From: Blastocladiella emersonii ATCC 22665
Taxonomy: Eukaryota > Fungi > Blastocladiomycota
NCBI GenBank assembly: GCA_025594325.1
Contig: JANHCV010000009.1
Location: 62,001-126,000 of the forward strand
DNA: 64,000 nucleotides
Direction: 5' to 3'
Shown: positions 44,398-55,992 of the stretch, piece by piece
How the letters are laid out: each line of letters opens with the position of its first letter
Position numbering within the stretch: position 1 is the stretch's first letter
Notes under the pieces: model-generated
What the model was told of the DNA's origin: nothing
Seen by the model: the letters and a program-made list of their open reading frames with translations, nothing else
Databases searched by the model: none
Made by a program: the position numbers and the translations under genes

Positions 44398-46555
44398 ATG
44401 TCAACTAGCGCAGATCTCCCACCTGTCGCACTGGCGAGCACCGTGGTCTACGGGTCCACCGTCTACGTCATTGGCGGGACTTGCGCAGGTGAGTTGCTGC
44501 CTCCGCCCATGGCTCCTTCCCACGCACCGCTCACGCGGTATCTCACGACCGTATAGACCCCGCCGCGCCCGTCTTTGGTCCCCAGAACTCGACATATGCC
44601 CTCGACCTCACGACCTCGTTCGACACGGCCACCGGCGCTGCGCTCGCTATGAAGCGGCTGCCGGACATGCCCGCGCGCCTCTCGCTCGCGCTCGCCGGCT
44701 TCGCGCCCGACGGGAAGAAGATCCGGATCACCGCGGGACAGGGCCACAACAGCGAAAAGGTCTGGACCCACAACATTGATGGTGTCTTCGAATACGTTGT
44801 CGCCGACCGCGCCTGGCGCGCCCTCGCGCAGACCAACTTTGACAAGGCGCTCCCCGACAGCAAGCTGTTCTGGACGAGCTCCGAGGGCACCGTCAACATG
44901 GCGTCGATCCCGGCCAGCGCGGCGCAGCGCGCGACGCTCATCGGCGGCGTGTCGGCCGAGGGCAACGAGCTCGGTGACGTGCGCCAGATCACGGTCGGAG
45001 TACGCTTACAACTGTGCACAGTCTGGCTCACTAGTACAGTACTCTAACAGTTTCACTCGCATGTAGACGTCCGGCGAGCGTGTGACGGAGCCGCCCAACG
45101 CCCCGTGGCCGAGCCCGCGCAAAATGGGCCTCGTCCTCCGCCTCAACTCGACGCACGTCTTCTACTCGGGCGGCTTCACGGGCGAGAACAGCGCGCTTGA
45201 CGACTGGTGGACCCGCGACACGCGCGCGCGGCCCGTCAAGTGGGTCCAGGGCAAGGAGAAGATGCGTGTCGCGCGGTTTGGCCATCGCGGCGTATTTGGT
45301 TCGTATCCCAGTGATGTACTGTCGAGTCCATGACTAACCTGCTCTATGTATAGTCGATAACCGCTTCGTCATTCTTTCGGGCGGCTTCTCGTCGACGGCG
45401 CCAAGCTCGCTGCTCGAGTGCATCGACCTGCACACGGGCCGCGTCACGGCCGTCACGACGATCGCATCGCCCAACACCCCGCCCGCGTACCTCGCGTGGC
45501 ACTCGGCGGTCCTCGCCGGCCGCGACCAGCTGCTCCTGTTCGGCGGGTTCCTCGAGTGGGACGTCAACAACAACGAGCCGCGCCACAACCGCCGCATGTA
45601 CGTCGCCAAGCTCCGCATGGACGCCGCGTCCGCGGACGCGCCGATCTCGGTGACGTGGGCCTCGCAGTTCGACGGGATCAAGACCAACACGACCGCCGCC
45701 TCGTTCGCTGCTGAACCTCCCGTGCTCGTGCCGGGCGCGGCCCCGACGGGTTCTGGCGGCGACGTGGCCGCTGCGGTCATCGTCGACAATTCCGGCCTGC
45801 AGGGCTGGGCGATCGGCGCCATTGTCGCCGGTGTGGTCGTCACTACCCTCCTCGTCGCCGGTGCGCTGGTCGTGCTCACTCGCCGCCGTCGTCGCGCGAA
45901 GCAGCAGCGCAAGCAGAGTGAGGCGGAACTGGCCCAGCTCGTCGACGCGCGTCGCGATCTGACCCCGCAGTTCGCGCAGTTCCCGCCGCCGAACCAGCAG
46001 CAGCAGCACGCCGCGCCGCAGTTTGCGCCCCAGCAGCTCCCGCCCTACGCGTACCCGGCTTCGCCGCCGCCGCCCATGCAGCAGCAGCAGCAGCAGCAGT
46101 TCCCGGGCGCGCCAGTGCAGCCGCAGCAGTTCGCGTTGCATCCGGCGTACCCCATGCCGGCGCTCGCGCATTCGGTCCTGCCGACCCCCGACCAGCAGCA
46201 GTTCGACTCGCAGGTGTACCCCGCGCAGCGGGCGACTGTCATGCAGCAGCACGCTCCGGTCCCCGCCGAGCTCCGCACGCCGCGAGTTTCGCAGCACACC
46301 ACCGCCGGTACGCGTCAGGTCGACGACGACATTGTCGCGGCGCCTCGTCCCGTTCCCGCTCGTCAAGGGCTCGCTGCCAGCCGCGGCCAGTCATGGGCCA
46401 GCGTCACCACGGCGCACGACCCCGAGTTTGACCTGGAGGGCGAGTTCAAGGCCGATCCCGCCGCGGCCAAGTCCATGCCCAAGACGATCCAAGAGGAAGA
46501 GGAGGATCTGCTGCTGCCTGGCGGCGTGCGCATGGTTGTGCCCCCTCGCCCGTGA
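44398..46555 (+). CDS. Kelch/galactose-oxidase-like beta-propeller single-pass membrane protein 1 with a Gln/Pro-rich tail; exons 44398-44488, 44557-44999, 45067-45298, 45354-46555
   Basis: Kelch-type blades (YGSTVYVIGG, ATLIGG, VFYSGGF, RFGHRGVF, AWHSAVLAGRDQLLLFGG), then TM WAIGAIVAGVVVTTLLVAGALVVL followed by RRRRR. The start is tentative. Confidence 0.7.
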
Positions 46556-47005
46556 TTTTTGACACAATACATGGCTCAATTGCATCGCAGATCGGCTGGT
46601 ATGACGCACGTGATGTAAGCAACGCGAGACGCGTCGATGAAACGCGGCACCCGCAAGCAATGGCGCTTGAAGATTGTCGTTGAATGATTGCCTTCAGTGG
46701 CCGCTGCGGCAGGCTTGCCAGCGACGCGATGGTGACTTTCGGCTGTCAGCGACGCCATCAACCGCGCCATCGCGAGTCGCGAGTAGCGCGACGCCAAGGC
46801 CGCGCGACTGACCAGCGAGCGGCAGCCGTGAACCGGCCCGATCGCAGCGGTCCTCATGCTCACACAGCTGTGCTCCCAAGCCAACTCGCATCAACTCGTC
46901 AGAAGCATTCGTTCCTCTCGCGCAGCAGTCGCGGCGGAGCTCGACGGCTGCGAACTTCGTACTGCTGTTGCGCGCCCGAACCCCTTGTCCCTGAACTCGG
47001 TCCTC

Positions 47006-47090
47006 GGACAGTCGTGGGCTAGCACGACCACCGCCATCGATGACTACGAGAAGATCCTACTTCCTGGCCGTAGCCGAACGGTGCCGCAGG
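47006..47090 (+). pseudogene. Short remnant homologous to the C-terminal tail of kelch-membrane protein 1
   Basis: GQSWASTTTAIDDYEKILLPG compared with GQSWASVTTAHDPEF...LLLPG in the upstream gene. Confidence 0.5.
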
Positions 47091-47455
47091 GTCATTATTG
47101 GCGCGTAACGTACGATGGCTTGCGAAACCGAACGCGTCTCCGACTTGATCGCCTCAATCACATGATATCGCAACGCGTGAGACAACCTGATTCATTCGCC
47201 ACCTGTGACACTCCTTGAGTGCTGGCACCGAGACGAGACTATGGTAGCTCGTGTTGCCGCTGCGGTCGCACTTGGATGGTGCGGTGGCGGTGACGAGCGG
47301 GGCCTGCAGTTGCGGTGGTGCGTGCTGCGGTGGCAAGTCAAGCGGCCTTCCTGCCTCGCGGTGCTTGGATAGCCGGCAGTTGGGCGCTCGCAGCTCGCAT
47401 AAAGGCTTCCCGCACCCCCTTTCCCCCCGCTGCTCAACTTCTTCATCTCGAAACC

Positions 47456-49109
47456 ATGTCAAACAACACCCGAGCAGTCTTCTTGCCAACGAATGTGACG
47501 CAGGCAACGACCGTCCTGTACGGCTCGAGCCTGTACCTGATCGGCGGTTCCAACAACGGTGCGTTTCGCACGTTGGCGAAACTACGAACGAGACCTTGAA
47601 CTTACTTCGCCACGGCTACTCTGCAGATGTGGGACCGCTCGACACGACGTTCAAGCTCGACCTGACGCAGTCGTTTGACGTCGCGTCCGCCAAGATGGAG
47701 AAGTTGGCCAAGATGCCGACCCCGCTCGCCATGGGTCTCGCGGGCTTCTCGGCCGACGGCGGCAAGAAGATCCTGGTCACGGCCGGCCAGACGTACCGGG
47801 ACGCCCAGTCCGGCCAGTACGCGCACAACGTGCGCGGCGTCTTCGAGTACTCGGTCGCCGAGAACTCGTGGGTTGCCGCGACCGATTTCACAGGTAACCA
47901 GGTCCCCGACAGCGACTTAAAGTGGGGGAGCATCGAGGGCGTCGTCGACATGGCCGCGCTGCCGGCGAACCGCGCGCAGCGCGTGTTCCTGATCGGCGGG
48001 AGCAACTCGACCAAGACCGAGCTCGGCGACGTGCGCCAGATCCAGTTTAAGGTACTGCCCCGCCGCGCAGCGTGTATCGCTCGACGGTGACTCGTACTGA
48101 CAGCTACACATGCGCATTCCCTTGCTTGTAGGGTGCCGGCGCCGAGCGGTTCACCGAGATACCGACCGATCCGATGCCGTCGGCGCGACTGGCGGGCCTG
48201 CTCCTCCGCCTCAACTCGACGCACCTCTTCTACTCGGGCGGGTACATTGGCGAGGACAACCGGCTCAACGACTGGTGGACCAAGGACTTGAAGACGAACA
48301 AGTGGGTCCAGGGTCAGGGCAAGATGAAGCTCGGTCGCTACGCGCACAGCGGTGTCTACGGTAGCACGACTCGCTCGTCGTTGTGCTGCCGCAATCGCTG
48401 ACCTCCTTGCACGTCGTGTTTCTAGTCGACAACCGTTTCGTCCTCATTTCGGGTGGCCAGAAGGCGGGCGGCGAGGCGATCCTCCTCGAGTGCATCGACC
48501 TGCACACCGGCCGCGTGTCCGCGGTTCAGTCCACGCTGGCCGCGACTGAATCCGGCACGCCCTCCACGATGCCGCCCAAACAGCTCATGTGGCACTCGTC
48601 GGCGCTCGCTGGCCGCGACCAGCTGCTGCTCCTCGGCGGGTACATCGACTACGACACGCGGTCCAAGAACATCACGCACAACACGCGGCTGTACGTCGGC
48701 AAGCTCGACATCAAGCCCGACACGATCTTGGTCACATGGGTGCCAAAGTTCTCCGGGATCCCGAACAAGCCCGCGGCGCTCGGGCCCGACGCCCCCGAGG
48801 AAGCCAACGCCGTGAAGCCGCAGGGCGGGATTCCGGTCTGGCTCATTGTCGTCATCGTGGTCCTCGCGATCGGTACGGTGGCCGCGGTGTACGCGGCTGT
48901 GGTGATCCGCCGCCGCCTCCGTGCCGTCAAGGAGGAGGCCGAGCGCGCGGCGCTCGTCGAGCAGGAGATGGGCATGCGCGACCAGTCGACCGGGCTTCCG
49001 GCGCTCGAGAACCTCGTGTACGAGCAGCAGAAGATGGACAATCAGGTACGCGAAGTTGTCGCTACGTGCGCCGATCCACCGCTGACTATCGAGCGTGTAG
49101 AACAAGTAA
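47456..49109 (+). CDS. Kelch-like beta-propeller single-pass membrane protein 2; exons 47456-47558, 47627-48051, 48132-48360, 48426-49045, 49101-49109
   Basis: Colinear paralog of 44398-46555 with the same three intron positions; TM VWLIVVIVVLAIGTVAAVYAAVVI followed by RRRLR. Confidence 0.7.
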
Positions 49110-49951
49110 ACCTGTTGCTAAATTTACTAAGCCCTAGCTACATATATGTTGTTTCCTCGCATGGCTACGCTGCCTCGTCTCGACCACGCGTTGCGCCACA
49201 TCACGAGCGACCAGCTGATGCCGCTCTGACCCACGGATTCGTAGGCTTCGGCCTCGCTCCTCCCCAACCCCTTTCACACTACCCTGAGAAGTCTCACTCT
49301 CCATGAAAGCTCGCACGACTGCATGCAACACGACCGGTCCGCATCGTATCAATCGTTACCGGTCCCGTTACCTTACCATGCTACTCGTCGCCTTGCCTTA
49401 ACGCTCGGCGCACCCGCTTGCTGGTTTCGCGATCCCCACACTCGATGATGCTCGAACAGATACTTCTGACTGCGCCCGTCGGCAACTGGTTTGGTCTAAG
49501 CGACTCGGGAGCCTGATGCGCGAGCGTGCCTCGCAGCTCGGCCCCGGGGTCGCTCAGGCGGCCACGGTCCAGCACTCGGCGCCCTGAAGCACACCCACAT
49601 GAAGACCTGAGAGTGCTATCCGATCGTCTACGTTGCTACTTTATTCGTGCTCAGGGTTCTTGTGCGATCTACGCGCTTGACTGTTAGCGAAAGTCCGCGC
49701 GTGGCCATCTCCTCGCTTCATGTGACCGTGCGGAGCAACGCGAGCGCACGAAGAGCGAGGAGCTCTCGCGTTGCGGCCCGAGTCGCTCGAGCGACCACGT
49801 CATGGCACCTCGCGACCTGACGCGCTCACATCAGGCCCGACAGCGTTCCTACCAAAGCTGGTCGATGTACACACGAGCGGAGCGTTTCTGCATGACGTGT
49901 ATTCAGACCACAACCCAGACTCGGCGCCCACCCCGCGTGCGCGCGCGGCGC

Positions 49952-50698
49952 TCAGTCGCGCTCGGCGATGCGCGTCAAGTAGGTGTCGATCTCGTCCTCG
50001 AACAGGACGCGGAAGCGCTGGCCGGCGCGCACGACGCCGATCTCGATGTCGCGGGACTTAAAGTCGGCCGAGAGGGTGGCGGAGAGAGTGGTGATGGCGA
50101 GCTCGACGGTGGCGTCAAAGTCGAGCGACTCGACGAGCCCCTCGCGCTTGAACTTCTTCTCGAGCAGGTTGAAGGCCTCCTGGTGCTTGGTGCCGGCGCA
50201 GGCGGCCTTGTAGCCGACAAAGTAGCCGGCGGGGTCGACCTTGAAGACTTGTGGGCCGAGCTCGTCGTCGACGGCGATGAGCATCATGGCGACGCCGAGC
50301 GGGCGCATGGCGGCCTGCTGGGTGTAGACCTGGTTGATGGAGGCCATGCGCTTGGCGAGCATGTCGACGGGGATGTTGTAGCCGTACTTGTAGCGGAACT
50401 CGCCGGCCTCGGCGCGCGCGCGCGCGACCTGGGCGCGGGCGTCGGGCAGCAGGCCCGTCATGACGCAGCCAATGTCGTTGGTGATCTGGAACAGGTGGGT
50501 GATGGAGTTGGCGTCGAGCAGCACGTCCGGGATCTTCTTCTGGGTGATGACGACGGCCGAGTCCTTGCCGCGGATGGCCAGCGAGGTGATGGACTGCGAC
50601 GTGATGGCCTTGAAGGCGTATTCGACCTGGTACAGGCGGCCCTCGGGCGAGAAGATGGTGATGTGGCGGTCGTAGCCGGCGCTGTTTCCGCGGCTCAT
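49952..50698 (-). CDS. SCL1: 20S proteasome subunit alpha-1 (PSMA6/Scl1), intronless
   Basis: [32 protein letters not shown]...[15 protein letters not shown]...[12 protein letters not shown]...KVDPAGY. Confidence 0.97.
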   Translation of the reverse strand: MSRGNSAGYDRHITIFSPEGRLYQVEYAFKAITSQSITSLAIRGKDSAVVITQKKIPDVLLDANSITHLFQITNDIGCVMTGLLPDARAQVARARAEAGEFRYKYGYNIPVDMLAKRMASINQVYTQQAAMRPLGVAMMLIAVDDELGPQVFKVDPAGYFVGYKAACAGTKHQEAFNLLEKKFKREGLVESLDFDATVELAITTLSATLSADFKSRDIEIGVVRAGQRFRVLFEDEIDTYLTRIAERD

Positions 50699-50992
50699 GG
50701 TGTTGGTGCGTGTGTCGGGTAGAGATCCGTTGCAGAAAGTGGTCGGGTGCTGGTTCCTCTGATAGCAGCGGGCAGTAGAGGAGGGGGCGACGCGCCGGCG
50801 GGCGGCGGGCAGCACTGCCGACCCGCACGCGAAAAGAGCAACGCGCCGTGATGACGAGCGGGGCGAAACGCGTCACGTGCGCCGGCTGACCGCGTCGCGG
50901 ATCGCCCGGCCGACGCGTCTCGCCCCTGTCTCTCACTCCCGCTCGTTTCCCTCTCGATAAAACGAGATGAGACAATGCAATGAACCAACACC

Positions 50993-51819
50993 ATGAACTC
51001 GTTCACTGTCCATGTCACTGGCGAGCTGGAGTCGATCCAGGTGAGCAACCTCCCCGCTCCAGCTGTGAGTAAAGCTGACCCTGTGGTGTGAGGGTAGATC
51101 GATTCGTGCGACGCGCTGTACGCCAAGCTGACGCTGACAGCGGGTGCGGACTGGGCGCTGGTCGACGGCGCCGAGGAGCTCATGACGCAGCTGGCGCACC
51201 GGCACCGCGGGGCCGCGATCGGGCCGGGTCCCGGCGTCGGCGTGAGCGGCGGGTGGCTGTGGACCGGGCTGCAGTTCGTGTTCGGCTTCCTCTCCTCGAA
51301 CCCCTCGATCTCGGCGCGCGACGCGGACGTGGCCGTGTGGGCGTGCCCGGTGCACGCCGTGTGGCGGGCGACCAACGTGTACGGGTGGCCGCAGGCGGTG
51401 GCGGCCGTGTACGGGCTCGACGCGCTGGGCCGCGACGTGCTCGTCGGGTACGCCGTGGTGCGGCTGCCAAGGCACGCCGGGCGGCACACCGTGTACGCGC
51501 CGCTGTTCGCGCCCGTCGCGTCCAGCCCGCTCAACGGGTTCCTGTCGTGGCTCGTCGGCCGCCCGCCCGAGTTTCTTGACCCGCTGATTCTCGCGCAGTG
51601 CGAGGGGCGACAAGGTGCGTCGCTCTCACTCACCCCGCAGGGTGACTCGCGCTGACGCCGCGAGTGAGTGTAGCGACGCGCGTCCGGTCTGACGGCACCG
51701 TCAAGCTCGTCCTCAACGTGGCCATCAAGGACATGGAAAAGTTTGGCTACCAGCTCGGCCCGTCGGGCAACAGCGGCGGCGGCGGGAGCGGGGTCGGAGG
51801 GGGCGGCAGCGGTGGGTAG
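50993..51819 (+). CDS. B9D1: B9 domain protein B9D1 (MKS module, ciliary transition zone); exons 50993-51040, 51098-51614, 51674-51819
   Basis: ATNVYGWPQ...YGLDALGRDV..GY, SWLVGRPPEFLDP..LAQCEGR.ATRVRS.G.V.L..NV..KDM.K.GY. The last segment is the B9D1-specific C-terminus. Confidence 0.9.
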
Positions 51820-52142
51820 GCCGGTCGCAACAGAGTTGACTTTCTTCAGATGCGATCGCGAGGGCCGTGTTCGCAGCACATCAGCGGCGAGGGGGCGCGC
51901 ATCCGAGGCAGGTCGGCGCGAGATAGCGATGACGCGCGCACCCACCAGCGCCACCCGCCGTGGGAAAGATAAAGTTGATTGCGGCTATCAGCTGAGCAGC
52001 CGGTGACTGCGATCCGCACGCGCTTCCCGCCGCTTCTCCCGCCGGCCCGCTTTCACGCGGCCTCGCGGCTCCGGGATTCGCTCGTTCGCTCTTCCCTCCG
52101 CTCATCAACGCGGACCCGCGATCCTCAACGCTCCCCGCAACC

Positions 52143-52149
52143 TATAAAG
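52143..52149 (+). promoter_or_regulatory. Candidate TATA box (TATAAAG)
   Basis: Consensus 57-120 nt upstream of the ATGs at 52200 and 52263. Confidence 0.45.
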
Positions 52150-52262
52150 CTCGGCCGCGCCCCCGCACACCGCCCCGCTCTCGCTCTCGCTCTGCACCAA
52201 TGGATCCGGCCCACCTTGCCACGCACCACGCACCCATCCCCACGCATCAACCCGCACCCGCC

Positions 52263-53322
52263 ATGGTCGTCAACAGCGGCACCCCGTCCAAGCTCCTCGT
52301 GCTGTACATGCCGGGCGCCTCGGAGCTGTTTGCCGGCGCCGAGAACGCGGCGCGGTGGGCGCCAGTCGCCCCGACGCTGACGGGGCTCGTCGCGCGCGGC
52401 GTGTCGGGCTCGCTCGCCCTCTCGGACCCGCCGCGCGCCGCGTGCAACTCCAACAACGAGCTCGCCCACCTGCTCGGCCTCGACGTGACCCCGCGCCGCG
52501 AGTTTGCCAAGGCCTTTCGCTCCATGTACGCGCGTTCTTCGCGTTGCGCGTCGGTGGGCCGATCTCGTCTGACCGATCGATCGCTCGCCCGCCCGTAGCT
52601 ACCCGAACCTCGACCTCGTCGTCCTGACGGCGTCGCCCGACCACCACGTGCTGGCGTCGGACGTGTCGCTGACGTCGACGCTGCTGAGCGCGTCTACCTT
52701 GACGCCGGCGCACCTCGCCGCGCTGACGACGCGCGCGCTCAACGTGCACCACGCGGCGCTCGTGCACCTGCCGTACTTTGCGCCGCACTCCACGGCGCAC
52801 GCCGGGTGGATCCACCCGCCCATCAGCCCGCTCGAGGAGGTGATGCTGGGCGGCCGCCGGCCCAGCGAGATCGACCCGCCGCCGCCCGCCACAACGGTCC
52901 CCGACCACTACGTCCACCTCGTCGACGGCTACCTGCGCGCGCTCGACCTCGACGCCGCGCACCCGGACTGGATGGTCGTCGTCGTGCAGTCGTGGGACCA
53001 GGCCCACCTGCCCATGGACTACGCCGAGCACATCAAGGCCCAGTACGAGACGCTCGAGGCCACGCGCGCCGCTTCTACGGTCCCGCGGCCCATCCAGTCG
53101 GACGAGGTGCGCGAGGCCAAGGCCATGCGCCGCGCCGCCCCGCTCCGCAGCCTCCCGCTCGCCGTCACCTACTATCACCCCGGGTCCACGCGCGTCGACG
53201 ACGTGAGTACCCCTGACGTCCTCGACATGTACCTCCACGGCGGGAATAAGAGTATCGGCGCGTGGAGCTTCCTCCGCGAGCTCGCCTTCAAGCTCGGCAC
53301 CATGCCCAAGTACGGCGCGTGA
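52263..53322 (+). CDS. Uncharacterised protein ending ELAFKLGTMPKYGA; exons 52263-52525, 52599-53322 (alternative in-frame ATG at 52200)
   Basis: Strong coding codon bias; a phase-2 GTACGC...CTGAC...TAG intron joins the two ORFs; function unknown. Confidence 0.7.
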
Positions 53323-53857
53323 GTACGCCGCCCGGTGCACGGTTTGGCCGTTGAGCCGTGGGGAAGAAGAAGTACCAGATGTCTGTCAGTTTGTAAATAC
53401 GACTATACCCGCTTTTGTCTCGCACTCGACTCTGGTCTCAGTGGACCGGCCGGTCAGTCGCGGTACACGCGAGGGAGCGACGCTTCGGTGGACTCGCGAG
53501 TCCGCCACGTTAGCGTGCGAGGAGACCGCACGACAACGCCGTACTGCCTCAAAAGCTAAACTTTCTGCGCGAGACTCACTTGTTAGCATCGCTCTCCGGA
53601 GCTGCCTCACGAGTTGGTGTGGACGAGGAGGAAGGCCGGAAACTCGCGCGGCGAAGGCCACGTGGAACACGCGTGGCTGTACCACGCGCGAGACACGGAC
53701 GCGTTCGAGGACCTGGCAACCGACCACACTCGCAGGTTCGCATCGAACGTTGAAAAAAAAAATTAGTTTGCGATAGAACTAGATCAAAACAAATGACAAG
53801 CAGCATCGCATCGGACAAACGAAGGGAGCAGGTGCGGCGCGTCAACGAGTAGCGGCC

Positions 53858-55796
53858 TTACAGGTCCCACCCCTCCTCCGCGCCGACGAGCTCAACTGCT
53901 GGGTGCGTCTCGGTCACGGAGTCGCTGACCCAGACGCGAATCCGAGCCACGTTTAACGCAACAGCGCGAGACTCGCGGTCCACGTCGTCCGCAACGTGGC
54001 CGACAACGAGCGACGGCATAGTGGCGAATTTGCACTTGAGAAGTTTGGTCCAGCCCTTGGGCAGCGGGAGCGGGAAATGAAGCGTCCATGGCACGACCGC
54101 CGTGGAGAAATCGGCGGTGAGCGGCCCAATCTGAAGTGCTTTGTTCATGAACACTGTTTTCAACTGCCGCGACCTGGTGAGCATTTGAAGTGACTGTGGC
54201 GTGAGAGTGATCCACTGATCCGCCGGATCAAGCTCCCCGCTACCCATCCAGGACGCAAAGAGCAGCTTGAGCGCTGGAAGCGGGCAAGCAAGGTCAATCA
54301 CCCATCGTTTGGCGCACCCACACTGGAGCGGGGCTGCACGACGCGTGGAGGAGCAGGACACGCACGATATCTCCGCTGAGCCACGATGGCCACGTTTTTT
54401 TAGGCTGCTTAGGCGTTAATGACGTCGTAACGTGAAGCTTCTCGAGGTTCGGCATAGAAAAGATACGAAGCATGGCCGCCCCAAATTCCCGCTAAACTGC
54501 AAGCGACTTGAGGCGACCTAGCGTGCGCCACGGAGAAGACGGCAGGTGTGCGTGATTTGGCGAGATAGAAGAAGCAGCATTGGCAATCCCTTGGGCGAAA
54601 TCGGCACAATGTCGGGTAATGGAAAGTTCGGTGAGCTGGTTGAGGCCAGGAAGATCGCGGAGAGGAGCGGGAATGCTTGCAGAAGTCGCGGTGGGAACCT
54701 CGAAGATTTCCAGGCGCGGGAACCGTTTGGCGTCCAGCGCAACGTGGAACTGGCCACCGGTCAGCTTGCGGAGGTTACACGCTGGATCCGATGACAAGTG
54801 CTCTAGGATGGTGGTGGCCGAATCCGTTGCGAGCGAAAGTGATGAAAGCCGTGGTGGTAGGGTCCGCGGCAAGATCTCAAGTTGTTGTGACGTGAGGCCT
54901 GCGGCAATTCCGAAATCAAGGCCGTGAGTAAGTGAGGGCGCCTTTTTCGTTGAAAGCCACACGTGGCGGAGGGTCGGATAGGCCGTGAGGAGCGTTCGCA
55001 TCGCTTCCGCGTCCAAGTCGTCGACGTGCAAGCTAAGCGACTTGACCGCCGGAAGCGAGAGTGACAGGAACCGAAGCACAGATTGAGGGCCTTGCGAGGA
55101 GGGCAGAAGACCGGACCTCCCCGAGGACCCAAAAATGTGGACGTTGGCCGCCCGGGAAAGCGTGACTGCAAGATGCGCCAGGTCCACCGACGAGTTTAGC
55201 AGCACGTACAAGTCGACAATGCGATCCGAGACGAGGTCCAGCAATACACGCAACGTTACCGCCGAATCGTAGTTTTGAAGCACCAGACGACGGAGGCCGG
55301 TCGCGCATCGCAAAAACGAGCACAGAGCGGGAACCGCGGGGCACAACGGCTTGGCGGGAACCGCGGAGAACAATGTCTTGAGCGATTCCGACGCGGGGTA
55401 GTTGAAAAGCGAGACGGTCCGCACGAGCGCGGCATTGATGGGGAACCCGAGTGTGTTTGGCGAGGAACAACTCTTTCTCTTGATGTAAAAGCCGTTGTGA
55501 GTGAGAGTGTAAGCGTCCGAGGTCAGTACGCCGTCATCGGTGAGAGTGCACTCGTCAAAACGAACGGTACGGGCGAGCTCGATCATGGCAATGTCGTACA
55601 GCTCGCGAGATGCGAGGCCCAGCGTAATCAGAGAGTCGGAGTCGGTACTCGGGCCGCACACGCGGGCTTCCCGGTTAACCCCAAATGTGTTATCGTAATA
55701 ACTCGTCTTACAGCCGAGGTCGCGGAGGTGGCAGGCTATGGTGTGCAGGACCTCCCCGGGCAGATTGCATAAAGTTGGAGCAGCGTATTCATCCAT
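53858..55796 (-). pseudogene. Intronless F-box/LRR-like gene interrupted by TAG (54494-54492) and a frameshift near the T7 run at 54395-54401
   Basis: F-box-like LCNLPGEVLHTIACHL, LxxLxL motifs (LRRLVL, VKSLSL, LRHVWL, LEIFEV). The frame resumes after the TAG with FSMPNLEKLHV and, after a shift, LPALKLLF. A functional 433-aa truncated protein cannot be excluded. Confidence 0.6.
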
Positions 55797-55992
55797 GGCG
55801 ATGCATTGCGGGTTGGTCGGCGAGAGCAGTCTGGCAGAAGGCGCACGGCGGACGAGAAGACCAAGCCACGGACCGTTCGTCAGGTGATGCGAGGAATGAC
55901 GCGTCGCTTTGCTGACCCCCTTGCCCTCCCGCTCGCTCTCTCCCCTCGCCACTTGACCACCGACGTGAAACCCATGCATCATTGATTGAACC

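Noticed and set aside
43016-44404. 462-aa minus-strand ORF
   Set aside because: The homology signal is on the plus strand (kelch-membrane remnant); the minus frame shows no motif or codon bias.
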